From: a virus
Taxonomy: Duplodnaviria > Caudoviricetes
Length of the DNA stretch: 64,000 nt
Virus record (IMG/VR): IMGVR_UViG_3300042554_000772
Span: 760 to 64,759 of that record
Reading direction: 5' to 3' (one strand)
The translations under genes were made by a program, and so were the position numbers. Under the pieces are notes generated by a model. The model was not told the origin of the DNA. It saw only the letters and a list, made by a program, of their open reading frames with translations, and ran no database searches. Positions 1 to 9,500 of this stretch are shown here, one piece after another (positions within the stretch are counted from its first letter, which is position 1; every line of letters begins with the position of its first letter).

Positions 1-57
1 TTGTAAATGCTTGGCTTTCAATAAACATAAACGGAACACCGTATAAAATACCACTCT

Positions 58-312
58 ATGTTTAAAGACCTCTTAGGAGTTATCGAAAAGTTTACAAAAG
101 AACCCATTGCGGGTATGTTGTTCTTTACGATTATATGTGTTGGGTACTTATACCTCGACAATAAGACGAACTATCAGCAGCAAATCGTTAATTGCGGGAA
201 CAAGGTGGAGGCTCTTGAGCTAAAAGTTCAAGCTCTTGAGTATCGTCTAAGGGTTAGCGATAGCTTGCTTGTTAGGGCTTTGACTAAGTTAGAATCCATA
301 AATCAACAATAA
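58..312 (+). CDS. small membrane protein with coiled coil (possible holin or spanin component)
   Basis: One TM segment (IAGMLFFTIICVGYLYL) followed by a heptad-rich region; stop overlaps the next start. Confidence 0.45.
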   Translation: MFKDLLGVIEKFTKEPIAGMLFFTIICVGYLYLDNKTNYQQQIVNCGNKVEALELKVQALEYRLRVSDSLLVRALTKLESINQQ

Positions 313-623
313 TGAAGCGTATCTTCTTAACCATCTGTTTGTCGTTCACTGCTAATTCATGCTATGACGAGCGAATCATAGCCAAGCAGAAGGAAGCGAA
401 AATACTTGACTCAAGCCTTTCCGTGGCTGACAGTATCGCAGTAAAGCTTGACCATGTGATTCACGAGCTAGATAGCAAGCAAGTCGTTTATACGAAGAAA
501 CCTAGCGCACGCCTTAAACAGCTTGAAAAGGAGAACAAACACCTCAAGGATAGCATCAAGAACCTCCACGAATACTTTGTAACCGACCCCATTGATGGAA
601 CAGCGTATCAAGAATCTCATTAA
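312..623 (+). CDS. putative lipoprotein with coiled coil (possible spanin component)
   Basis: MKR plus hydrophobic stretch and Cys18 (TANSC); coiled-coil body. Confidence 0.4.
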   Translation: MKRIFLTICLSFTANSCYDERIIAKQKEAKILDSSLSVADSIAVKLDHVIHELDSKQVVYTKKPSARLKQLEKENKHLKDSIKNLHEYFVTDPIDGTAYQESH

Positions 624-1320
624 GAAGCACGGTTTGTCTGGGGTTAACAGCCCAAAGAAAACACCTAGCCACCCAACAAAGAAGGGCATTGTCCTTGCGA
701 AGGAGGGTGATAGGGTGAAGCTTATCCGCTTTGGGGACCAGAACATGGGGCACAATTACAGCCCAGAGGCCCGTAAGGGCTTTAAGTCAAGACACGCTAA
801 GAACATCGCCAAGGGCAAGATGAGCGCAGCCTATTGGTCGGATAAGGCTTTCTGGGGAGGCGAAGGTGCTGACAAGAAGATGCCACCTAAGTCTCAGAAA
901 TACACCAGAGGGCTGAAGAGGTATGCGGAAGGCGGTAAGGTAGCCACTAAGTCAAACCCTTCTCTATGGAAGCGCATTGTTGCATCGGTGAAGGCTAGCT
1001 CCAAGGGAGGCGATGCTGGGGAGTGGTCTGCGAGAAAGGCTCAGCTAGCTGTTCAGCAATACAAGAAGTCTGGTGGCGATTACAAAGGCCCCAAGAAAGA
1101 AACAAGCTTGTCTAAATGGACAAAGCAAGATTGGACGACCTCTTCTGGTAAGCCATCGGAGGGTAAGCGTCGTTATTTACCAAAGGCCGCATGGTCTGCT
1201 CTGTCTTCAGCGCAGAAAGCAGCGACAAACAAAGCGAAAGCAAAAGGTGATAGTGAAGGCAAACAATTCGTTAGCCAACCTAAATCAATAGCAGAAAAAG
1301 TAGCCAAGTATCGTAGTTGA
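592..1320 (+). CDS. basic two-domain phage protein
   Basis: N-domain IRFG...ARKGFKSRH...SAAYWS; C-domain GEWSARKAQL...SLSKWTKQDW...RYLP; joined by KRYAEGGKV. Both halves resemble small conserved phage domains. Confidence 0.65.
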   Translation: MMEQRIKNLIKKHGLSGVNSPKKTPSHPTKKGIVLAKEGDRVKLIRFGDQNMGHNYSPEARKGFKSRHAKNIAKGKMSAAYWSDKAFWGGEGADKKMPPKSQKYTRGLKRYAEGGKVATKSNPSLWKRIVASVKASSKGGDAGEWSARKAQLAVQQYKKSGGDYKGPKKETSLSKWTKQDWTTSSGKPSEGKRRYLPKAAWSALSSAQKAATNKAKAKGDSEGKQFVSQPKSIAEKVAKYRS

Positions 1321-1355
1321 CATATTTGTACACTAACAAGATGTACCAATCTGTC

Positions 1356-1363
1356 TACTTTTG
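1356..1363 (+). promoter_or_regulatory. Bacteroidota-type -7 promoter element TACTTTTG
   Basis: Matches TAnnTTTG in the intergenic gap before the scaffold/capsid genes. Confidence 0.6.
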
Positions 1364-1387
1364 CAAACAACTGTAATTCAATTACTT

Positions 1388-2527
1388 ATGGAAACAAACT
1401 TCAACCCGCTTGACAATCTAGCGAAGGATTTGGGAATCGAGATTTTTGATTCACCACCAACCCCAGAGAGCCAAGAAATCACATCGGATGTCAGTACCGA
1501 TTCAAACACTGACGATAGTTCTTTGACATCAGGAGCTGACGATAGCGGTCAGTATCAAGACCAAGGGGGTTCGCAAGACGCAGGCGACAATCAATCTTAT
1601 TCGGATGATTCCAATGTGTATTACAACCAAGGTTCGTTTGACAATCAAGATGACGAGCCAACCGAGGAGGAGACGCTAAGCTTTATCGATTCTTTTCTTC
1701 AAGAAAGGTACGGTAGCGGGCTTGAGGACATTCTATCGCAGCAGAGCAATAATGTAGATATCGACGAGCGGCTTTTGCCAATTCTTCAGTTCGTCAAGGA
1801 TACAGGTCGCTCCCCAGAGGATTGGTTCCGATACCAAATGCTAAATCCAACCGAAATGGACGATTTATCAGCGGTAAGGATGCAAATCTCGACGGAGTAC
1901 CCTGAGCTCTCCACACAGGAAATCAATGACCTCATTGAATCCAAATATAAAATCGGAGAGGATTTCTTTGACGAAAAGGAACAGAAATTGGCCCAACTTC
2001 AGCTCAAGATAGATGCAAATAAAGCTCGTCGAGAGATAGACGGCCTACGGAGTGGATACCTAGCAAGAACTGAAACGGGGAACGCTGGTGAATATGAAGT
2101 AGAATCTATCGTAGACGACAACTGGCTTCAAGAGATGTCTTCTGAGGTCGACGCACTCGAAGGAATAGACTTTGAAATTTCCGCTGGGAAAACATTCACT
2201 TTCGGGCTCAACGATTCTTACAAGAATAACCTTAAGTCAAAAAACGCTCAACTAGACTCATTCTTCGACCAATATGTCGAGCAGAACGGGCAATGGAACC
2301 ACGAGCTGTTCAGTATGCATAGAACGGTTGTAGACAACATCGACGAAATTGTCAAAGCTGTTTACAGTCAGGGCTTGTCAGACGGACAGCGTAAGATAGT
2401 CCAGAACGTGGCGAACATCGATTCGTCCCAACCCAATGTCGGACCTGGAGGCCAACGGAATAGTCTATTAGAGCAAATCGAAAACATCATGGGTCAGAAT
2501 GACTCCATGGTAAGATTCAAACTCTAA
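1388..2527 (+). CDS. acidic protein upstream of the major capsid gene (putative scaffold)
   Basis: D/E-rich N-terminus, helical body, crAss-like position; ATG 1388 preferred over TTG 1361, which lies inside the promoter. Confidence 0.65.
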   Translation: METNFNPLDNLAKDLGIEIFDSPPTPESQEITSDVSTDSNTDDSSLTSGADDSGQYQDQGGSQDAGDNQSYSDDSNVYYNQGSFDNQDDEPTEEETLSFIDSFLQERYGSGLEDILSQQSNNVDIDERLLPILQFVKDTGRSPEDWFRYQMLNPTEMDDLSAVRMQISTEYPELSTQEINDLIESKYKIGEDFFDEKEQKLAQLQLKIDANKARREIDGLRSGYLARTETGNAGEYEVESIVDDNWLQEMSSEVDALEGIDFEISAGKTFTFGLNDSYKNNLKSKNAQLDSFFDQYVEQNGQWNHELFSMHRTVVDNIDEIVKAVYSQGLSDGQRKIVQNVANIDSSQPNVGPGGQRNSLLEQIENIMGQNDSMVRFKL

Positions 2528-2553
2528 ACCAAACTTTTTAAACCAAAAACAAA

Positions 2554-3963
2554 ATGGCAAACGCATCAGGAACAGTTGCCTCTCAAGGCACATTAACCTC
2601 AGCGCCTAATGCACTTAGGCTCGCAACCCCAGACAAGTATATCTCTCTGGGTCAATTTCTCAACGAAATCAATAAGCCTGACAATCGCACTCAGCTTGTT
2701 AAGACTTTCGGAAACCAAGGTATCACTGGATTTCTTCAGCTGGTAGGTGCTGTTAAAACTGCTGGTACTGCTGACGAAGTTCAGTGGTGGGAAGAGCAGC
2801 GTCTCCACCCTCAGGCTAGCTTCACTGCTACAGCTTCCGCTACCGCATCTGCCGTAATGACTGTAGCTGTGTCCCCTGTAACAACTTCTGGAACAGCTGT
2901 GCTTCGTGTCAATGACGTTGTTCTTTGGGATAACTCTACGACTGTTCAGCGTGCTATTGTCACAGCAACTGGAACCAACAGCTATACTTTTCAGAGTCTG
3001 AACAACGTCGCTTTAACGGCACCAGTTAGCGCAACCACTTACAACTTGCCTATCATCGGTAACTTGTATGGACAGGGGACCGACCAGCCAAGCCAATACT
3101 TGGAGTCGAACCTTGTTAAGCGCACCAACCCTTACATGATTATCAAAGAAATCTTCAAAGTAACTGGTTCTCAAGCCACAAACATTGGTTGGGTGGACGT
3201 AGGAGGCGGAGATTATCGTTGGTTCATCAAGGGTGAGGCTGATACCCGTCAGCGGTTCATGGACAAGCGTGAAATGATGATGTTGCTCGGTCAGAAGAAC
3301 ATAAACACCGCCACTGGCGACTTTAGTTCTGCAAAAATCAGTGGTTCTGAAGGTTACTTCTCGGCCCTTGAAGACCGAGGCATTGTAACCAACGGATACT
3401 TGGACAACTTGACTGACCTCGATGTTATCTTGACCGTCCTTGACCGTAACGGTGCTGGTCCTGAGTACGCTGTTTACGTTGACCGTCTGCAAGACCTTGC
3501 ATTCGATGACCTCGTAGCTAAAGGCGTTACTAACCAAGCTTTGACCGCTGGTGTTGCCACTCAATTCGGTGCATTCAACAACAGCCCGAACATGGCTATC
3601 GAACTTGGATTCAAATCATTCGGACGTGGCGGTTATACCTTCCACAAGCATGACTGGAAACTGTTGAACGAGCCAACATTGCTTGGTACTTCAGTTGCCA
3701 CGACCGCTTCTGGTATCGGATTCGCTGGTGCCATGATTCCAATGGCTACTGTTGTAGACCCCAAGACTGGAAACCGTGAGTTCCCTCTGGAGATTAACTA
3801 CAAGTCGACCAACGGCATCTCTCGTGAGATGAACCACTGGCTGACTGGTTCCTTCATGGGTGCTACCAACTCAACCTTGGACGTACTGCAGTTCAACTAT
3901 TTGTCAGAGATTGCTCTGGTAACTCGTGCTGCAAACCGTCACGTTTTGATTAAGCGTTCTTAA
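2554..3963 (+). CDS. major capsid protein, crAss-like
   Basis: 469 aa with WWEEQRLH, IIKEIFKVTGSQATNIGWV, GSEGYF, GFKSFGRGGYTFHKHDWK motifs; strongly biased codons; followed by a stable hairpin. Confidence 0.85.
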   Translation: MANASGTVASQGTLTSAPNALRLATPDKYISLGQFLNEINKPDNRTQLVKTFGNQGITGFLQLVGAVKTAGTADEVQWWEEQRLHPQASFTATASATASAVMTVAVSPVTTSGTAVLRVNDVVLWDNSTTVQRAIVTATGTNSYTFQSLNNVALTAPVSATTYNLPIIGNLYGQGTDQPSQYLESNLVKRTNPYMIIKEIFKVTGSQATNIGWVDVGGGDYRWFIKGEADTRQRFMDKREMMMLLGQKNINTATGDFSSAKISGSEGYFSALEDRGIVTNGYLDNLTDLDVILTVLDRNGAGPEYAVYVDRLQDLAFDDLVAKGVTNQALTAGVATQFGAFNNSPNMAIELGFKSFGRGGYTFHKHDWKLLNEPTLLGTSVATTASGIGFAGAMIPMATVVDPKTGNREFPLEINYKSTNGISREMNHWLTGSFMGATNSTLDVLQFNYLSEIALVTRAANRHVLIKRS

Positions 3964-3978
3964 TTGACGTGACTACTC

Positions 3979-4016
3979 GCTGAAGACGGGGGCCCTTCGG
4001 GGCCCCCTGAATCAGC
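3979..4016 (+). other. cUUCGg stem-loop after capsid gene (mRNA stabiliser or weak terminator)
   Basis: GGGGGCCC-TTCG-GGGCCCCC extended by GCTGA/TCAGC; no U-tract. Confidence 0.7.
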
Positions 4017-4049
4017 AAAAGACTTCTTAACCCCTAAATTCTATTCAAT

Positions 4050-4883
4050 ATGGCACAAAGACCACAAGTACAAAGAGAGGTAGACGAGATTCTATCTCCA
4101 GACGAAGCAAAGATTGCTTCAGTCCCCGTGTTCCGACCCAAGAGGCGTGAACCTGTCCAGCAGACTGGACGAAAACAAAAAATCTATCAGCTCGTAGAAG
4201 GCGGAGGAATCTGGTTTAAATTAAGCCAATCCGATATTACTGTCTACGATAAAGAGAAGGATACCGTTCGTTCTATTCGCTATTGCCCCAATGAGCCATC
4301 GATTTATGTGGATGAGCAATCTGCTAATGGCCGACGTTCTCACATTATCTTTACCGATAAGATGCTTGGTGTCCCAGCGAACCAACCAAACCTTCAAGAG
4401 TATCTTGAGGTACATCCTGGGAACACAAAGAATGGAGGCAGTATCTTCTACGAGATTAACACCGAGAGAAAAACGGATACCTTGCTCCAAGACGAGTTCT
4501 TAGTGCATGACGCTATCACACTGGTTCGTGATAAATCCATCGACGAGCTGTTGCCCGTTATCATGTATTTGGGCATTAGTACAGACCAGCGTAATCAGGA
4601 AATTCGCAGGGAACTCCTTATTGAAGCCAAAGCTAACCCAAAGGCTTTCATTGAAATGTTTGACAATCCGATTGTCAAGATGCGGGCCTCCATCAAGATG
4701 GCCGTTGATTGCGGGATTCTTCGCATGAACCAAGACGGTACATTCTGGGCCGACTCCAACAGATTGATTATTGCCACCCCCATGGGGCAAGATGGCGTTG
4801 ACATGATGACGAAGTTCTGCTTGAGCGAGAAGGGCACCATTGTCCATCAGGAAATCCTGAAAAGGCTCGAAAAGTTTCAGTAA
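4050..4883 (+). CDS. conserved crAss-like protein downstream of capsid gene
   Basis: IRYCPNEPSIYVDEQ, LQEYLEVHPGN, AKANPKAF motifs; synteny. Confidence 0.7.
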   Translation: MAQRPQVQREVDEILSPDEAKIASVPVFRPKRREPVQQTGRKQKIYQLVEGGGIWFKLSQSDITVYDKEKDTVRSIRYCPNEPSIYVDEQSANGRRSHIIFTDKMLGVPANQPNLQEYLEVHPGNTKNGGSIFYEINTERKTDTLLQDEFLVHDAITLVRDKSIDELLPVIMYLGISTDQRNQEIRRELLIEAKANPKAFIEMFDNPIVKMRASIKMAVDCGILRMNQDGTFWADSNRLIIATPMGQDGVDMMTKFCLSEKGTIVHQEILKRLEKFQ

Positions 4884-4902
4884 GCTTAACTAGCTGACAG
4901 AT

Positions 4903-4931
4903 AAGGGGTTCCGTTTGAGAACCCCTTTTTT
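4903..4931 (+). terminator. intrinsic terminator
   Basis: AAGGGGTTC-N7-GAACCCCTT followed by a T-run. Confidence 0.8.
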
Positions 4932-4936
4932 GTTGG

Positions 4937-4944
4937 TATATTTG
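4937..4944 (+). promoter_or_regulatory. -7 element TATATTTG for tail genes
   Basis: TAnnTTTG 20 nt before ATG 4964. Confidence 0.65.
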
Positions 4945-4963
4945 CATCTAAAGCCGAAAAAGC

Positions 4964-5707
4964 ATGGCAAGCGTCTATACCGTATACAATGCACTGAAAA
5001 ACCTTGCAAACAAGGACCAGAGGGGCTTTATCACCCCCGCTGTGTTCAACTCCTTTGCTGGGGTTGCTCAGCTAAACGTATACAACAGATTGTTCGAGAA
5101 GATGACCCTAACCTCCTCCGTTCGCTCAAGGCAGCTTGCTGGTGAGCGTGAGGTAGCCCCTGTCAAGCAGATAAGGGAGGATTTGGCTAGATTCTATAAG
5201 GAGGTCACTATTTCTCAGACCTCGGCCTCTGACCAGACATTCCTCAAGCCATCGGATTTAGGTCGCATCATATCAGCTAAGACTTTTGGGACCTTCATCC
5301 TAGGCCAAACAACTAGCATTCCCATCGACCTCATTTACGATGAGGCGAAGATTGAGTATATCCTTCGTAGTACGCTATCTGTCCCCACGGAATCGAGGCC
5401 TGTTGCCCTTGTAAGCAATTTACTTGAGGTGTACCCCACAAGCATCAAGAAGATTAAGCTGAGGTACTACAAGCTCCCCGAAAGTTTGCTTGCGAATACT
5501 CTTACACCAACAAGGTCTCAGAACCCACCAACCTTTGGTTACTTGGGCTCTACAGAGACCTATAACCCTTCTGCGTCCTACGACTTTGAGCTGCCTGACC
5601 ATTATGTTTCAGAGCTCGTTTTAGAGATAGCTAAAATGGTTGGTGTGAACCTTAGGGATTCCGATGTATATGCTTACGCTGCTGGTCAAACCCAAGCTAA
5701 TCAATAA
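4964..5707 (+). CDS. tail ring/adaptor protein
   Basis: VYTVY...LANKDQRGFITPAVFN...AQ N-terminus and FELPD C-terminal motif typical of crAss-like ring proteins. Confidence 0.7.
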   Translation: MASVYTVYNALKNLANKDQRGFITPAVFNSFAGVAQLNVYNRLFEKMTLTSSVRSRQLAGEREVAPVKQIREDLARFYKEVTISQTSASDQTFLKPSDLGRIISAKTFGTFILGQTTSIPIDLIYDEAKIEYILRSTLSVPTESRPVALVSNLLEVYPTSIKKIKLRYYKLPESLLANTLTPTRSQNPPTFGYLGSTETYNPSASYDFELPDHYVSELVLEIAKMVGVNLRDSDVYAYAAGQTQANQ

Positions 5708-6516
5708 TGGCAAGAAATCTTATCACGGTTGACCAGATAGTCAACGACTTCGTTTTGAGCATGGCTGGAGACGACTATTGCGCTGATGTAACGGACACCC
5801 TTGTTCGTAATTACGCACTGAGGGGCATCCGTGAGGTTGGGTTCGATATGTCAAAGGTCGTCAGGAGCCTCAAGCTTCCTGTTAATCAATCCTTAAGCAC
5901 GGTTGACTTGCCAGACGATTTCGTTGATTTGGTTAAGATTGGCATCGTTGGAAGCGATGGATTGGTCTATGTGTTCGGGGAGAACAAGAACATCAATATG
6001 TCCCAAGCATACAAGCTGGATGCAGGTGGCAACCCGATTGAGGGCGATGATGGGCTCTACGAGCGTGTTGATGCCTACGGGACACCAAACGCTTACTCCA
6101 ACCCTTTTGGGTATGAATCCTATCTGTTCCGCAACTTCTGGGATAATGATTCCTACGGAGCTCTTTACGGGCTTGGTGGCGGCCAGTATTCTGGGGAGTA
6201 CCGAATGAACTACGACCAGAATAGGATTGAGTTGAACGGAAGCACAAGCTTTAGCGAGGTCGTTGTGGAGTATATCGCTGACGAGGCTCGCTCGGCCAAC
6301 CCATCGGTGCATCTGTACGCAGAGGCTGCCATCAGGGCATTTATCTATTACAGGATAATCGAGCGTAAATCAAGCGTTCCTATGGCGGAGAAACAGCGTG
6401 CTAGGGCAGAGTACTTCAACGAGAGAAGGTTGGCGAACTCTAGGCTTAAGTCTTTCAATATGACTGAGGCTCTGAAGGTTATCAGGAAGAACTTCAAGCA
6501 ATCCCCTAAGTACTAG
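5707..6516 (+). CDS. tail tubular/ring protein (P22 gp4-like)
   Basis: LPDDFVDLVKI and VVVEYIAD motifs; sits directly before the stabilisation protein. Confidence 0.7.
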   Translation: MARNLITVDQIVNDFVLSMAGDDYCADVTDTLVRNYALRGIREVGFDMSKVVRSLKLPVNQSLSTVDLPDDFVDLVKIGIVGSDGLVYVFGENKNINMSQAYKLDAGGNPIEGDDGLYERVDAYGTPNAYSNPFGYESYLFRNFWDNDSYGALYGLGGGQYSGEYRMNYDQNRIELNGSTSFSEVVVEYIADEARSANPSVHLYAEAAIRAFIYYRIIERKSSVPMAEKQRARAEYFNERRLANSRLKSFNMTEALKVIRKNFKQSPKY

Positions 6517-6517
6517 T

Positions 6518-9500
6518 ATGCCCATAGACAAACTTATACCAAGATACTTAAACAAAGACGACGACTACCTCCTGGTTAAATCCGTGGAGATGGTTGACGC
6601 TTTGAATATTCAAACCGCAGATGACGAAGGAGGAAACGCTGGAGTTGTCAAGAATGCTCTTGGTAACGTAGTAGTAAGTACTAATAGCACAGGCGATATC
6701 CTACCGATTGGAGGGAATATAGTAATAGGAACAACGTCGTGCAAGCAAACAGGAGAAATATTTTATTTTGTATATAACGGGTTCGGAGACCATAGCATTT
6801 ATCAGTATACAAGCAAAAGGAATACTGTAAGATTGGTTTATCGGGACCAAGTCCTTAACTTTACAGCTACAGGGTTCGTTAAGGCAGACTGTTTAGTTAA
6901 AGAGAACGGGGATACACTGTTGTACTTCACTGACGGCATTACAGACCCCAAGAAGATTAACGCTACAAAAGCTTTAGCAAATACCTCTGGGTTTCTTGGT
7001 TATCCATACAGGCAGGTTGGATTAAGCGGTTATACTAGTGATGAGAAGCTTCTTAGTATCACCACTATTAAAGCCCCTCCATTAGAGGCACCAACAGTAG
7101 AGGTAACGACGGTTACTGGTATCATTTCCAACAACATAACCAAAAAGAACTTTCAGTTTGCTTATCAGTATATCTACGAAGACGGGGAGGTATCTGCTAT
7201 TTCACCTTATTCGGAATTAGCCCTTGACATAAATGATTTCCTTGACGGATTTGGTGACGCTGATTCTGACTCCAGCAGAAATGCAATAAACATAACCTAC
7301 AAGCATTCAAAAGGGGATGTTTCGAAAATAAGGATACTGTACCGTTCTGGTAATTTCCCTAATTTTTCTATATTCAAGGAAGTAGACAACAATCGCTCTT
7401 TATCTTCTGGTGTAGTTACATTCACTAATTCAACATTAGGTCAAATTATATCTGATAATGAGGTAAATAAACAATACGATGCTATCCCATTGTCAGCAAG
7501 AAGTCAAGTAATCAGCGGCAATCGGCTTTCTTATGGTAACTACCTTGAGTTTTACGATAATACCACTGTATCTGGCAATATTTTGTTAGAATACAACCAA
7601 GACGCTGGGAAAAAGACAAACATACTTTCCACAAATTTTGTTAATGGGCCTGGTACTATTGTCAGCGCCAATACTAGCGGAGTTAATAATCTGGAGTTCG
7701 AGCTGGATTTAGCAAATATGCCAGAGTCATCCTTATCCGACCCTTCTATTATATTAAATTTTTCCGTATTTATAAATAGGACCATTATAAACCAGTTAAC
7801 GTCTCCTTTTAATGTTGGGCCTTTATCTGGGATTATTGGAGGTCTTACTCTCGGCAATATGTTGTTGGATATACAGAAAAAATCAACATTTACAGCATAC
7901 TCGTCAAAAGCCGCTCTAGCATCTTCTGTAATAAACTTAATCGATGGGGATTATTTGTTCAATATTTCTCCAGAGGGAACATTGGTTAGCTCTATGACAA
8001 CCGTTTCTGGTCTCTCTATATCGCTAGTTAATGTTTATTTTGCTGGTTCTTTGGCGGCAAATGTATCAGCTGTTTCGGTTTCTGGAAGCGTTATAAAGTT
8101 TAAGATTACGCCAAAGTCAAACGGTCTTAATATAAATTCAGTAAAGATAACCCAATATAACCCATTACTACAGCAATCGTTTGATGTTACTAGCTTTTTT
8201 GCCCCTGTATCGTGGAATGGCATATCTATAAACAATTTGTACAATATAACTTATAATGGGTTAAAAATCGTCAATTTGAATAGAAGCTTTTTTATAAACG
8301 ATTCAACGTCTACAACTTTTAAATCTGGTCAAAACCATAAATTTGGTATTGTTTACTATGATTCCTATAACAGGAGTTCTGCTGTTAATGAATTAGGGGA
8401 GATTTACAATCCGACGGAAGGGGAAAGGCAAGAGGAATATGGCGCTGCCGCATTAGGGGCAGCTAAAGTCATAATAAGGCTTAAGTCAAGTCCTCCAAGT
8501 TGGGCAAAAAAATGGAGGCTTGTTTATTCACCATATCAAACTTATTCGTTTTGCTATACTTATTCTGCGGCAGAGGCTTTTGTTTCAAAGACATCTACCG
8601 CAACTGGCTCCACGCAAAATAGGTCTATTTACATATCTGCAAGGCACTTAGAGGGGAAGGATACATCATACAAAGAAAGCCGAAATTCAATCTTTAACTA
8701 CACTTATGCCCAAGGGGATAAACTAAGGATTATTAGTTACGTCCCCTCAACGGCTAACGGTGGTGCACTTTACCCAAAGCAATTCGTGTATGACATTATT
8801 GGGTATGAATACTTTGATGCGACAAACACGCCAGTGTCTTTAGCGACTGGGGCTACTAATTATAATGAAAGAGCTACTGGCCCTTTCTTCATATTGAAGG
8901 ATGAAAACTACACAGGGTTTAATGCTGATAGCATCCTAAATAATTATTCTAATTGGGCTAGTGATGTTGTTTTTGAGGTTTTTAGGCCTATCCAAAGCGT
9001 CGCTAATTCTGTGTACAGGGAGACAAAAACCCAAGGAGACGTTCTTCAGGCCAGTGGTGTTTTTTATCATCAGAGTCAATTTAGGGATAGAACTTATTCT
9101 TTTACGAATCAAAAATTAACAGTAACTAGCGGAACAGCTTATACGTCTGGGTCTATTAAATTCTATCCTGGAGACATCGTTAATATGACAGCCATATTCC
9201 CAGCTATAGGGTCCTACCAACTCACAATAAAAGACACATATAGGATATATGACGGTAGAACGGTGGTAGTCTTTAGTGGGCCACTACCAGATGCTGGGTA
9301 TAATATAGTATCCATTGCTAACATAGACGACTCTATATTGGACTCAAGTGTAGGTGATTGTTATTATAGATTAAGGCAAATAAAACTAAATCCAATCAGT
9401 GGAACAATAACAGCTTCTGGCTCATACACAACTAATCCAGCAAATGTTTCTGGTATAAGATATGTAGACTATTATGTTGAAGACACCAGTATTAGTGATT